DNA of 64,000 bases from NCBI RefSeq assembly GCF_006345805.1, contig NW_021824838.1, positions 1 to 64,000 on the forward strand, read 5' to 3'. How positions within the stretch are numbered: position 1 is the first letter of the stretch; each line of letters begins with the position of its first letter. Source of the DNA: Octopus sinensis (lineage: Eukaryota). Both the position numbers and the translations under genes were made by a program. The notes beneath the pieces are model-generated. The model was given only the letters and a program-made list of their open reading frames with translations. It searched no databases and was not told where the DNA came from. This document shows positions 1 to 11,989 of this stretch, one piece after another.

Positions 1-1320
1 GCTTTTGTTTGTATATTGATGTACTAGAGTGTGTGTGTGTGTGTGAAAGGGAAAGAAGGAAGGAGAGAGATAGAGAGAGGGAGAGAGAGAGAGAGAGAGA
101 AAGGCAGGGAGATTGCGTACCTACAATCGCAGTACAGAAAAAGACAGCCAACGCATATCTGTAGATATAGATTGAGTGTGTGTGTGTGTGTTTATCTGTT
201 TGCGTGTGTGTGTGTGTTTATGTCTTTTACCTTTAGCTTGTTTCAATCACTGGACTACGGCCATGCTGGGTCACCACCTTGAAGGGTTTAGAGGACCAAA
301 TCGATCCCAATACTTTATTTTAGCGCTTGATAGTTATTCTATCGATATCTTCTACCGAACAGTGAACTCAGAACGTAAAGACGAATGAAGCACCGTTAAA
401 CATTTTGCCAGGCGTGCTAACGTTTCTGCCAGTTCGCAACAGATTATTTCATATTAGGAAAGATTTTACTCTGCGTTCGGTGGAATAATTAAATCTCTAG
501 GAATGCACTTTGGAATGGAACAGTCCAATCAAACGTGAGAATTATCAATGCTTTGTTGTCAAGTTGGTGTTTTGAAGAAAAGATAATTAAATAGTTATAG
601 AAAACGCTTTCGATCTTCTATGAGAATAAATATCGATATATATATATATATACTATATAACGCAAGATTGCACAATTATGGCGAAGCATTTTTTCTGTGG
701 TTTGTTGATAAGTTTTTTCTTTCTGACTATAATCACTTTTCTATTTTTGAGTCAATTGAAAATTAACCAGCCACACGGTCGTTGAACTCTTGCAAATAGC
801 GATTCTCCAAATGGAGCATATGCGTCAGTACACACCCTAACTCATTAACGAATACAAAGCAGGAACTATTGGAAACTGAAAATTACCCATCTCTCTATCA
901 ACATATATGTTGGTATAGGGTTCTCGTAAATATATATATATGTTTTTGTGTCTCCTTTTGTCTCAAAGCCGTAGGGCGCCTGTGTCATCCATGTTTTTAA
1001 CCGTTACTGTCTTCAAAAAAGTTTTTTTCATTTCATGTTCGTCTCTGTTGCGTTGCATTCTTTCCTTCTGGGGCTGGCCGATTCAGAGCGGATCTCAGAA
1101 TTAAACAGCCGAAATTTGCGATGACGAATCGGTTCCTCACTGAAGAACGAAGGCTTTGAATGACCCGTCTGTCCCTTATGTTCGTCCCTTCTTGTATTTC
1201 ACGTTATTTATATATGTAAAGGTTTATTCTATATATATATATATATATGTTCAGATATAGAGAGAGATTATCTATCTCTCTATCTGTATATATATTTGTT
1301 TGTGTGTATATATATGTATG

Positions 1321-1373
<53 letters not shown>

Positions 1374-1858
1374 ATAAATGTGTATGTATATATATATTTT
1401 GATTTGAAAACCCCACTAGAATGGGAGAAAGCGCTAATGATCTAAGTGATATGAGATATATATATATAAAAAATGTAATATATAAATAAATATCTGTAAA
1501 TATAAACCATCCGATCTTCTGATTACCTCATTTCTTCTAATATATATATATACGTATATGCATATATTTCAATAATAATAAAAGGGTAAAATTAATTAAT
1601 TAATTAATTAATTAAATATTGATAATTTTACCAAGTGCTCAGTACATTAAAATAACCATTTTAGGTAAAATTATACGAATATTCTATAATTATATACATA
1701 ATTATAATCTGGGAGATCTTTTATGGTGGAAGAAAAGGCATTTAACTCCTATTTCTAAATCAGTGCGTGGCGAAGCAATTAGCTGACCCCTTGATTATAA
1801 TTATGTATATAATTATAGAATATTTGTATATATATATATATATATATATAATATACAA

Positions 1859-1891
<33 letters not shown>

Positions 1892-1892
1892 C

Positions 1893-2288
1893 AAAAAAAA
1901 GCAACAAGAATGGATTAGTTTTTCAGTACAATTGTTTCATACGAAGACCAGCTTTATTAAAAGCTGCAAATATTGCAGCAAATACAAGTGTCCCGTACTC
2001 ATCAGCCAAAACACATATGAGTTCTTCAAACATCCTAGGGGGTGAGGCTACACTCATGAAGTATCGAAGATAGTTCTATAAAAAAGCAAATTTAGATTGC
2101 TTTTTATAGAACTATCTTCGATACTTCATGTGTGTAGCCTCACCCACTAGGATGCTTGGAGAACTCATATGTGTTTTTTGTTGATGAGTACGGGACACTG
2201 TATTTGCTGCAATATTGCAGCTTTTAATAAGCTGGTCTTCGTATGAAACAATTGTACTGAAAAACTAATCCATTCTTGTTGCTTTTTT
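1893..2288. repeat. ~200-bp-arm inverted repeat (probable Penelope-like element end)
   Basis: Arms 1893-~2090 and ~2096-2288 are reverse complements apart from scattered 1-nt indels and substitutions; (TA)n on the left flank. Confidence 0.9.
1918..2013 (-). ncRNA. Type I hammerhead ribozyme-like motif (minimal, palindromic stem III)
   Basis: Minus strand reads ttttgg-CUGAUGA-guacg-ggac...gucu-u-cguau-GAA-AC-AAUU-GU-A-cugaaa. The mirror copy on + at ~2172-2265 has C3->U. Confidence 0.65.
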
Positions 2289-2407
2289 CTTGTTTATAAT
2301 CACCCCACATTATTTTATGGTTAATACCATATAGTTTTCTGGTGCATCTAAGTTAAGTACCGCATTCAAGTGAATTCAATAGAACTCACTTGAATCTTAA
2401 TTGCTTT

Positions 2408-2441
<34 letters not shown>

Positions 2442-2534
2442 GACAGTACAAACGGGATGATAGAACTCAAAAAATACGGGTGTATGTATGTATGCGTGCG
2501 TAATATATACGTACATTTATATATATATATATAT

Positions 2535-2670
2535 ATTTATTTTATAGAAGGAGCTTCTACAGGACTAGAACTGTTTTCATTCAAAAGAAATCATCAGGAA
2601 GCAGCTTCCTGATGATTTCTTTTGAATGAAACAGTTCTAGTCCTGTAGAAGCTCCTTCTATAAAATAAAT
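2535..2670. repeat. 67-bp-arm near-perfect palindrome with 1-nt centre
   Basis: Centre at a2603; arms differ by one homopolymer base. Confidence 0.92.
2603..2653 (+). ncRNA. Type I hammerhead ribozyme-like motif
   Basis: agcuuc-CUGAUGA-u(uuc uuuu gaa)u-GAA-ACAG-uucuaguc-CUGU-A-gaagcu: 6-bp stem I, 4-bp stem III, GUA cleavage triplet. Confidence 0.65.
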
Positions 2671-2747
2671 TAATTTACTCTGCTATGTATTGAGTACCTT
2701 ATTTACTGTGGTTAACCCCGACTCAACCCGGGACTTACATATATATA

Positions 2748-2778
<31 letters not shown>

Positions 2779-3326
2779 CATATTCATGTACATATATATA
2801 TATCTTACTTCCCAACCACATGGTTCGACGTTCAGTCCCACTGCGTGGCACCTTGGGCAAGTTTCTTCTACTATAGTTTGGAATGACTTCGATCACAGGT
2901 CAGTTCGATCAGTCAATACTTAGGCCATGCTGGAGCACAAGTTTCACCAAGAGTTATAACAGATTATTCACAGCAGGACGGTTGAAAATCTGATCTTTGA
3001 AAGCAAGTGGTGAATGCAAAGGACACTTTCTTAAACGGCCTAGAAATTCGGCCATTGTAACGTTTGAATTTTTTACTGAAACATTTGTATTGTATTGTTA
3101 TGAACAATAATGGCGAACAGAGAATAGATGAATAAATAAATATCAGTGAAATATGTTTTATTGGGGTAATTCTTAAACTTGTTTTAGTCAAAAGAAAAAA
3201 GAAAGACAACAAAGAAAACAAAGAGATTGTTTTGCTCTATGACGGTATCGTTGAGGCGTTCATGTGTACAAACGCATACATAAATGTATACTAATACCAC
3301 ACACACACAAGCATAGGCATATATGT

Positions 3327-3570
3327 GGAGGCGCGTGGCTTGGTGGTTAGAGTGTCAGCGCCATGATCGTAAGATTCTGGTTTCAATTCCTGGACCAGGC
3401 GACGTGTTGTGTTCTTGAGCAAAACACTTCATTTCACGTTGCTCCAGTCCACTCAGCTGGCAAAAATGAGTAACGCTGCGATGGACTGGAGTTCCGTCCA
3501 GCTGGGGAACACATACGCCATTGAAACCGGAAAACCGGACCCATGAGCCTGGCTAGGCTTTAAAAGGGCG
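3327..3570 (+). mobile_element. tRNA-derived SINE family C (V-SINE-like); further copies at 47227-47455 and 57900-58190
   Basis: tRNA-like head (tggcttggtggttagag...gtttcaattcc), gtgttcttgagcaaaacactt core and tgcgatggactgg V-domain-like motif; repeated in the window. Confidence 0.7.
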
Positions 3571-3699
3571 CAGTTATTTTTTATTTTATACACATATATG
3601 TATAAATACTTAAACAGGAAGCAAGAGCCCCACTCCCACCGTGTGTTTGGGTTTCTCTTCTGTACCCTTTTATGGTTACGTAGCGAGCTGCACTGCACG

Positions 3700-4060
3700 G
3701 ATCTGCCCTTCTTTGTTCCTTCTGTCGCGATGTGGGTTCATCTGGTATCTCAGACAAAAAGTTTGTCCTGGCGTTTTTGGAAGACCTCACATCTGCACCT
3801 TGCAAATCTGTGAGGCTGTTTGGCAGAATGTTGAATAGTTGTGGACCCTAGAAACCCAAGCTGTTATAGTATAGGGTCCTTATTCCAGATGGAGAAAATG
3901 GGAATATTTGGTACACTACAGTGCCGTCCAGTTCGATGGTTAGTGTAGCTTTCAATTCCAAAAGTTGGGATCTACATCTTCCAGGATCTTCCATATATAT
4001 ATTTGCGAGTCTATTTTATCGTTCTCTGCTTGCGGATCGTTAAGCTGCCCTTCATTGCAG
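3700..4060 (-). pseudogene. Decayed CR1/L2-clade LINE ORF2 3' remnant
   Basis: Minus-strand translation with frameshifts gives IWKILE..PNFGI..RTGRHC.VP...GPQLFNILP...FLSEIPDEP. Confidence 0.7.
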
Positions 4061-7000
4061 AAAATAAGTTTAAAATGAACACCAACATCACAGGCACCTC
4101 CTTTCCGTTACCTCCACGCCTCCGCTTCCTCTCCGCCACGTACTTATAGACTCGGAGTGTTTCGTTTACGAGTATTTCTCCTCATACAATAACCTTGCTA
4201 TATATATATAGACAGAATATCCAAGAAATCGATAGACGAGATGGTATAAATTAACTTATTTGTTAGCTCCGGTCACTTCACATCTCGCCTGGTTTATGAT
4301 ATAACACGAGTCTTGCTGTGTGTCATATGAAAATATAGCGCAAGCTCTCATCAATAACCGTTTTTCATATCAGAATTGATTCCTCCCGCGCCTGAAAATA
4401 TATAAATCTGAAATAAAAGTAAAGAAGAAAAATAATCAGATATGTGAAATTATTATGTAGTTTTAATTATAACATTATCTTTATTCTCTCAGATAATTTT
4501 GTTCTGATGCTGTTCTGCTGGCTGAAGCCTTATTACATAATTATATATATATGTATGTGTGTATGTATGTATATATGTACGTATGTATGTATGTATGTAT
4601 GTATGTATGTATGTATGTATGTATGTATGTATGTATATATATATGTGTGTGTGTATGTATGTATATATGTATATATGTATGTATGTATGTATGTATGTAC
4701 ACACATATATATATATACATGCATATACAGATGTGTGTGTATGTACGTATACATACGCACACATACATAAATATATATATATATGTATATAATTACATAT
4801 ATAGGTATGTGTGTACGTGCGTGCAAGTGCGCGTGTATATGTGTTCGTATCAAATAATTCTTGTGATTCATAATTTCAAGAAAATTCTTTACCCCCACCC
4901 CCACCCATTGTTGCTAAGCGATTGACAGGAAGTGAGAAAGATGGAAGGGAGGCTGGTTAAACCGGTTGACTAAGAGAAGAATGCGTGGGCGTCGGTGGGA
5001 TGGCGCGACGGTCTCATGGCAGAAGGATCGGAGGAGTTCGAAAGAAAATAAGCTAAATATAGAGGGAGATGAGTAACGAAAAAAAAAAAAGGGGATAAGA
5101 GAAAAAGAAGGATAGAAGGAATGGTAAGTAAGCAGTGCTGTTGAGTAAAAGAAAGGAAGAGTGGTTGGGGGGGGGGGACCGAAACAAAGGTAATAGCTTC
5201 ACTTTTTGGCACAAAATATATATATTTTGTGCCAATATAAATAAAAGAATAGCTGAAGGGTTTTCTTGTGAGATAATTTTGTAGGCCCCATGAATTTAAA
5301 AATCTTTGTTTGATGGGCCGTTAAAAACAAATGCCATCTCCAACATTGGTAGCTTTTTAAAGATGAGTTTTAAAATGTCTTCTCTCGGGGACGGAGTGGG
5401 AATTTCTGTAATGGAACAGTACATGTCAAAAGGTTTCGGAGTGATCTCCACAAAAAACAGAGAGGTGGTTCCATGCTGCTTGTTCCTAATAGAATATAAC
5501 TGTGTGGTCAAAGGGACCAATGAGAGCGATGGGTAACACGTCTGTCTCTTTCTAGGGCGTTGGGGACATCGAAACGAAAGGGAGAAGTTATCCTGGAACC
5601 AAAGACCTTGACCGAATCCTTGTCAGTTGGTACCCGCTTAGATACACCAGAGGTTGGGGTGATATTGTCGACGAGTGTAGTCATTTGAACCTAGAGCAGT
5701 GACAATAATTCCTTTTGATTCAGAAGGTTGGTGCCACAGACGTATAAAGTGGTCGGCGTAGAAACCACACCAAAATAGACAACTGGAACCCGGTGCAGAT
5801 CTTTAGCTTTCCAGACTCTGTGAAACTCCAATCCATGCCAGCATTGAAAAACGATGTTAAATGATGATTATAATGAAAAGTGTGAGCTTGAGCGAATGGT
5901 ATATTTGGCGTTATGTGGTGATTCTCAAATCAGAGAACTGCAATACTTTGAAAACTTACCAAATTTGATGTGAGTCTATCTACGACCATCTAAATATAAA
6001 TTAGAATAAATATTTCCTTCTTTTGTTTTCACCAAAAACTGAAATCTCAAAATGTTAGCATTCAATCTCATCAATTAGTTTAGCTGCTGAACTGAAAGAA
6101 AATCTTATTGGCCTACTTAAGATCGTTGGATTGCTTCCAATTCCATAGACATTTTGCCGTTATGCAGTGACTATTGAGAACATGTGATCTCTAAAAGTCC
6201 AACAAAATTCCATTTTTTTTTTTTGCTTTTGTTGTGAATATTCTTAGAATCCATTCTTTCTGATCGTTCGCTCGCTGTTACTTTATTGGTTTTCCAATTT
6301 TTTGGCACAAGGCCAACAATACATCGACCCCAGTTTCCAACTCGTACTTATTTCATCAACCCCGAAAGGATTAGAGGCAAAGGACGGACGAAATGCTGCT
6401 AAATATTTTGTCCGGCATGCTAACAATTCTACCAGTTCGCCGTCTTGATTGCTGTTGGTGTATTAACGATAATTATTAATAATGGCGCGTTGAGATAATG
6501 CGTCATTAAAAACTTTAATCGACAGACTTGTGTGCTCATATGTATGTGTGTTTGTGCATGTGTGTGAGTATTTGAGTGTGTGTGTGTATGTGTATAAGTC
6601 AATTTGTATGGGTGTGTATGATTTCGTGTGTGTGTGCGTGTGTGTGTCTGATTGCAGAATTGCAATGAGATTGGTAATGATGATGACGATGATGATGATG
6701 ATGATGATAATGAAGAGGAAAAAGAGAAAAAAGAAGGAAAAAGAGGATACAGGGAGAAGGGAGAAGAAGGAGAGGAAAGAAGATATAAGCAGCAGTAGCA
6801 TCAGCAGCAGTAGTTTCAGTCTAAAACTCTGCTGGTCAGAACTTTAGAGATAAGTCCCAGGACAATACAGATCTAACAATCAACGACTTTATTGCTCAAC
6901 ATTCTCTCACTTCTCTCTTTCTTCTCTCCTTTCTCTCTCTTCTCTCTTCTCTTCTCCCCTTCCTCTCCCTCGCTTCTCTCTCTTCCTTCCTTCTCCACTC

Positions 7001-7373
7001 GCACGCTGTTTCTCTAACGTTCTTCTTCCATCTCTCTCTTCTCTCCTTCCTCTCTCTCTTCTCTCCTTCCTCTCTCTCTTCTCTCCTTCCTCTCTCTCTT
7101 CTCTCCTTCCTCTCTCTCTTCTCTCCTTCCTCTCTCTCTCTTCCTTCCTTCCTCTCTCTCTCTTCTTTCCTTCTCCGCTCGCACGCTGTTTCTCTAACGT
7201 TCTTCTTCCATCTCTTTCTTCCTTTTTTATTCCTCTCTCTCTTTCTCTCTCCCTCTCTCTCTACCTATCTTTATACACACACACATGTAATTTGGTATAA
7301 ATGAATGTATATTGCCAGGCTAATATTTTCTGTCTCTCATTCCCCATCTGTGTGTCTCCTCTTCTTCCTCCTC

Positions 7374-7410
<37 letters not shown>

Positions 7411-7689
7411 ACTCTCCTCATTTCCGCCTCTCTTTCCCTTTCTCTCCCTCTCATGGTCTGATCTACTCTAATAAATTCGTTAGACTAATAATAACAACAA
7501 CAACAACAACAACAACAACATCAATACTTCTTGGTTCTTTCTTTCTCTCTTTCTCTTCACATCCGTCTCCCCACCCCCTCTTTCGTTTTCTGAACCAATG
7601 AATTATATGAATATGCAAATATATTTCCGATAAATTATTCCGAGTGGGAGCATGACAACGAACACTCCAGAAATATTTGCTCGTCTCTT

Positions 7690-7990
7690 GTCGTTGCCTA
7701 GCAACATAGGTCAGAGGTTATCTATCTCTTATCTTAAAAGAAAGCCGAATCGACTTTTCTCAAAACTATTGACCCAACGACAACGGAACCTCTACGCAGT
7801 CACTCCATCTGCTAGAAACAACAACCAAATCTCATTCAGATCACATAACTCTGTTGAGATGGAAGGGTGATGTCATTCAGAAGACCGAGGAATACCCTAC
7901 CGGAAGTTGTCCCCTACAACAATTTTTATTATTGGGCGCGAAATGCTGGGAAGAACAATAAAAAATGAAGAGGAAAACTACTTCCTGAGG
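7690..7990. promoter_or_regulatory. Candidate promoter: RFX X-box plus ETS site
   Basis: GTTGCCTAGCAAC at 7693-7705, TGATGTCA at 7868-7875, ACCGGAAGT at 7899-7907 in a non-repetitive, CpG-retaining stretch. Confidence 0.4.
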
Positions 7991-8806
7991 TACAGTATTC
8001 CCTCGACTATCGCGGATGTTACGTCCCAAAATCTCCCACAGAAATGATTAAAATCCTAGAAATATATATATATATATAGGGAGAGGGAGAGAGAGAGAAC
8101 GTCCTTGGTACAGAATTATATATTTGAAAAAAATGAAAAGAAATTGCCTTTCTGGTAAGTTTGCCACTTTAATAATTAAACGTTTATAAGTTATTAGGTG
8201 TTTTAATGACTTAGGAATATCTAATTGTTTAAATAGAAAAATTATCAGGAAGGCTATTTCTATTCATTTGTTGAACTCGATCTATCTATCTATCTATCTA
8301 TCTCTGTATGTATCTATCCACACATAATTTATTACATAGATTTATAAGTACACACACACACACACACACACATACACCACACACACACACACCACACATA
8401 GAACCACATATTTCCATATATGAAGTTATGTCACAACGAGCGCCAGTTTCCTGTATTGGCCGACTGCCACTTGAAAGCTTGAAGACAGAGGCTGCTCATT
8501 CCTTCCATGTCTCATTTGTAAGAAATGAAAACATACCACTAACCACACACACACACACACACACACACACATTCAATGTTCGTGTGTGCGCATTATTGAG
8601 TGACTCTGATTACTCTGAGTTCCTCCGCTCTTTGAGAGCAGCTGTTGCTAACCTGCCGTGTCTCGAGCTAGAATCACGCAAGGTTGCCAGATTAGTCGCC
8701 GACGATCCAACTTTGCAAAATTCATACACACACACACACACACACACGCACACACACACACATATTTACTATAACAAATACACACTCACACATATGACGG
8801 GCTTAC

Positions 8807-9034
8807 TCTTTTACTCTTTTACTTGTTTCAGTCATTTGACTGCGGCCATGCTGGAGCACCGCCTTTAATCGAGCAAATCGACCCCGGGGCTTATTCCTTT
8901 GTAAGCCCAGTACTTATTCTATCGGTCTCTTTTGCCGAACCGCTAAGTGACGGGGACGTAAACACACCCGCATCGGTTGTCAAGCAATGCTAGGGGAATA
9001 AACACAGACACACAAACACACACACACAAACACA

Positions 9035-9102
<68 letters not shown>

Positions 9103-9271
9103 CATATATACGACAGGCTTCTTTCAGTTTCCGTCTATCAAATCCACTCACAAGGCATTGGTCGGTCCGGGGCTATAGCAGAAGACACTTGCCCAAGATG
9201 CCACGCAGCGGGACTGAACCCGGAACCATGCGGTTGGTTAGCAAGCTACTTACCACACAGCCACTCCTGCG
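8807..9271 (-). mobile_element. tRNA-derived SINE family B with internal (CA/TA)n; other copies at 29245-29636 (-), 40830-41100 (-), 41432-41828 (+), partial at 61575-61870
   Basis: Head caggagtggctgtgtggtaag...ggttcagtccc, body ggcaccttgggcaagtgtcttctactatagcc, tail gactgaaacaagtaaaagag; multiple copies. Confidence 0.85.
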
Positions 9272-9679
9272 CCTTTCAGTTTCCATCAAACAAATCCATC
9301 CGCAAAGCTTTGGTAGAAGACACTCACCCAAAGTTGCACGCAGTAGGACTGAACCCGGAACCATGGGCTTGGGAAGGAAGCTTCTTACCACGCAGCCACC
9401 CCAGCGCCCATACACATACATGAGAAGGAACATCTATGTGAATACGAGCGACAGTGAACATGCGAGCGTATATGTGTGTGTGCGCATGCGTGTGCATTTG
9501 CGTGGATGACTGAATAGTCTGATAACTGAAAAGTAAAAGCCGCCCCCTCCAAAAGCCCTGCTAAACATACTCGCTCCCAAATATCCCGTCCCACCACATT
9601 ACATTTTTTTAATACTGACAGATCTCTCAATGGACCCACGTTCATTGAATGATCTTTCCGTATTAAAAAAAGGTGATGC

Positions 9680-9826
9680 CAGTCATGGGCAAAGTGCGGC
9701 CCGTGGAACTATCAAAATGGGACGCCTGACAATAAAATTGCATTGAATTCTTTAGTATTACGGCCCGCCTGCTGCTGATCCATGCATCATACGGCCCGCT
9801 TATCGAAAAACAGTTGCACTTGCCTC
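9680..9826. mobile_element. Degenerate hAT-like MITE
   Basis: cagtcatgggcaaagtgcggcccg left end with repeated cggcccg subterminal motifs; no clear TSD. Confidence 0.4.
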
Positions 9827-9832
9827 GTTTAT

Positions 9833-10778
9833 ACCTATTCCTTTACTACCCACAAGGGGCTAAACACAGAGGGGAAAAACAAGGACAGACAAACGGATTA
9901 AGTCGATTACATAGACCCCAGTGCGTAACTGGTACTTATTTAATCGACCCCGAAAGGATGAAAGGCAAAGTCGACCTCGGCGGAATTTGAACTCAGAACG
10001 TAACGGTAGACGAAATATCTATTTCTTTACTACCCACAAGGGGCTAAACACAGAGAGGACAAACAAGGACAGACAAACGGATTAAGTCAATTATATCGAC
10101 CCCAGTGCGTAACTGGTACTTATTTAATCGACCCCGAAGGATGAAAGGCAAAGTCGACCTCGGCGGAATTTGAACTCAGAACGTAGCGGCAGACGAAATA
10201 CCTATTTCTTTACTACCCACAGGGCTAAACACAGAGGGGACAAACAAGGACAGACAAACGGATTAAGTCGATTACATCGACCCCAGTGCGTAACTGGTAC
10301 TTATTTAATCGACCCCGAAAGGATGAAAGACAAAGTCGACCTCGGCGGAATTTGAACTCAGAACGTAGCGGCGAACGAAATACCTATTTCTTTACTACCC
10401 ACAAGGGGCTAAACATAGAGAGGACAGACAAACGGATTAAGTCGATTATATCGACCCCAGTGCATAACTGGTACTTATTTAATCGACCCCGAAAGGATGA
10501 AAGACAAAGTCGACCTCGGCGGAATTTGAACTCAGAACGTAGCGGCGGACGAAATACCTATTTCTTTACTACCCACAAGGGGCTAAACACAGGGAGGACA
10601 AACAAGGACAGACAAACGGATTAAGTCGATTATATCGACTCCAGTGCGTAACTAGTACTTAATTTATCGACCCCGAAAGGATGAAAGGCAAAGTCGACCT
10701 CGGCGGAATTTGAACTCAGAACGTAGCGGCGGACGAAATACGGCTACGCATTTCGCCCGGCGTGCTAACGTTTCTGCC
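9833..10778 (-). mobile_element. SINE family A multimer: one head plus five tandem ~180-bp body units
   Basis: Unit starts near 9836, 10020, 10203, 10385, 10559; a single tRNA-like head at ~10740-10778. Other family A copies at 16180-16530, 19886-20118, 30359-30590, 32171-32410, 51252-51670, 58280-58455. Confidence 0.88.
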
Positions 10779-11585
10779 TCGTTTATACCGTCACCTCCGC
10801 CTCTACCACGTGTTTCTTTCCATGTTTTAAGTGATGCGCTCACCTACTGACATTTCTGACATGCTCTGAGAGGCGTTAATTGGCCTTATATATTAATTAA
10901 CTCATCCTCTCGTAAGAATAATAATTAGAGAACGCCAACTTACACGCACACACCCTCACACACACATACATACATACATACATACATACATACATACATA
11001 CATACATACACACATACATACATACATACATACATACATACATACATACATACATAAATATGGAAACGCAATGACCCAGTAGTTAGGGCAGCGGGATGGG
11101 TGGCGAACCTTGCTGTATTCTTTCACCACAACTTTCTCTCACTCTTTCTTCCTGTTTCTGTCGTACATGTAATACAAAGGGGCCAGCCTTGTCACACTCT
11201 GTGTCACGCTGACTCTCCCCGAGAACATACATACATACATACATACATACATACATACATACATACATACATACAGACATACATACATTACATACATACA
11301 TACACACAAACATACAATCATACAGGGTGGTGCAAAAGTAGGTATACAGTTATGACTAAAAGAATACACGTACAATACTCATTTATTTCTATCAAAAAGA
11401 TTAAAAGTTTTGATAAAAGTGCTATCAGTTAGGATAAATGTATTATGATTTGATGTCTTATGATTAATGGTATTGAGAATATCAAAAATGAGGCTAACTA
11501 TTTTAATTTGCTAATAATTTTCATGAATTAAGTATCATAACGTTGATATGATACTGTATACCAACTTTTGAACCTCACTCTATAT

Positions 11586-11637
<52 letters not shown>

Positions 11638-11654
11638 CACGTACATACATACAT

Positions 11655-11842
11655 ATATGTGAATTAATGTAACTTCTTTTGTAGTCAATATTTCGGGGTT
11701 ATGACCCCATTTTCAAGAAATTGACAATGTTGCCGATGTGCGCTCACACACACGCGCATCGGCAACATCCGTCTATTTCTTGAAAATGGGGTCATAACCC
11801 CGAAATATTGAATTCAAAGGAAGTCTACATTAACTCACATAT
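11655..11842. repeat. ~85-bp-arm inverted repeat with (CA)n loop
   Basis: caatatttcggggttatgaccccattttcaagaaa...atgttgccgatg / catcggcaacat...tttcttgaaaatggggtcataaccccgaaatattg. Confidence 0.85.
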
Positions 11843-11989
11843 TTGTTTTCTTGTGATTTATCTTGCATTTACTTCGTATTTCTTTGGCCTCAACCACGAT
11901 CTTTTATACAATATATTCTACACAATACTTCATAGTAATTATTCCATTACAATATATAATATATATATATATATATATAATATGTGTGT

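Noticed and set aside
4900-5055. Possible minus-strand exon with a partial X-box
   Set aside because: An acceptor-like site exists, but the ORF stops after 15 codons with no recognisable homology.
5296-5536. 74-76 aa ORFs with non-repetitive sequence
   Set aside because: No motif recognised and no convincing splice context; possibly an old retroelement fragment.
9833-10778. CRISPR-like array (also 17767-18060)
   Set aside because: Units are contiguous with no unique spacers, there are no cas genes, and the context is eukaryotic SINE/minisatellite.
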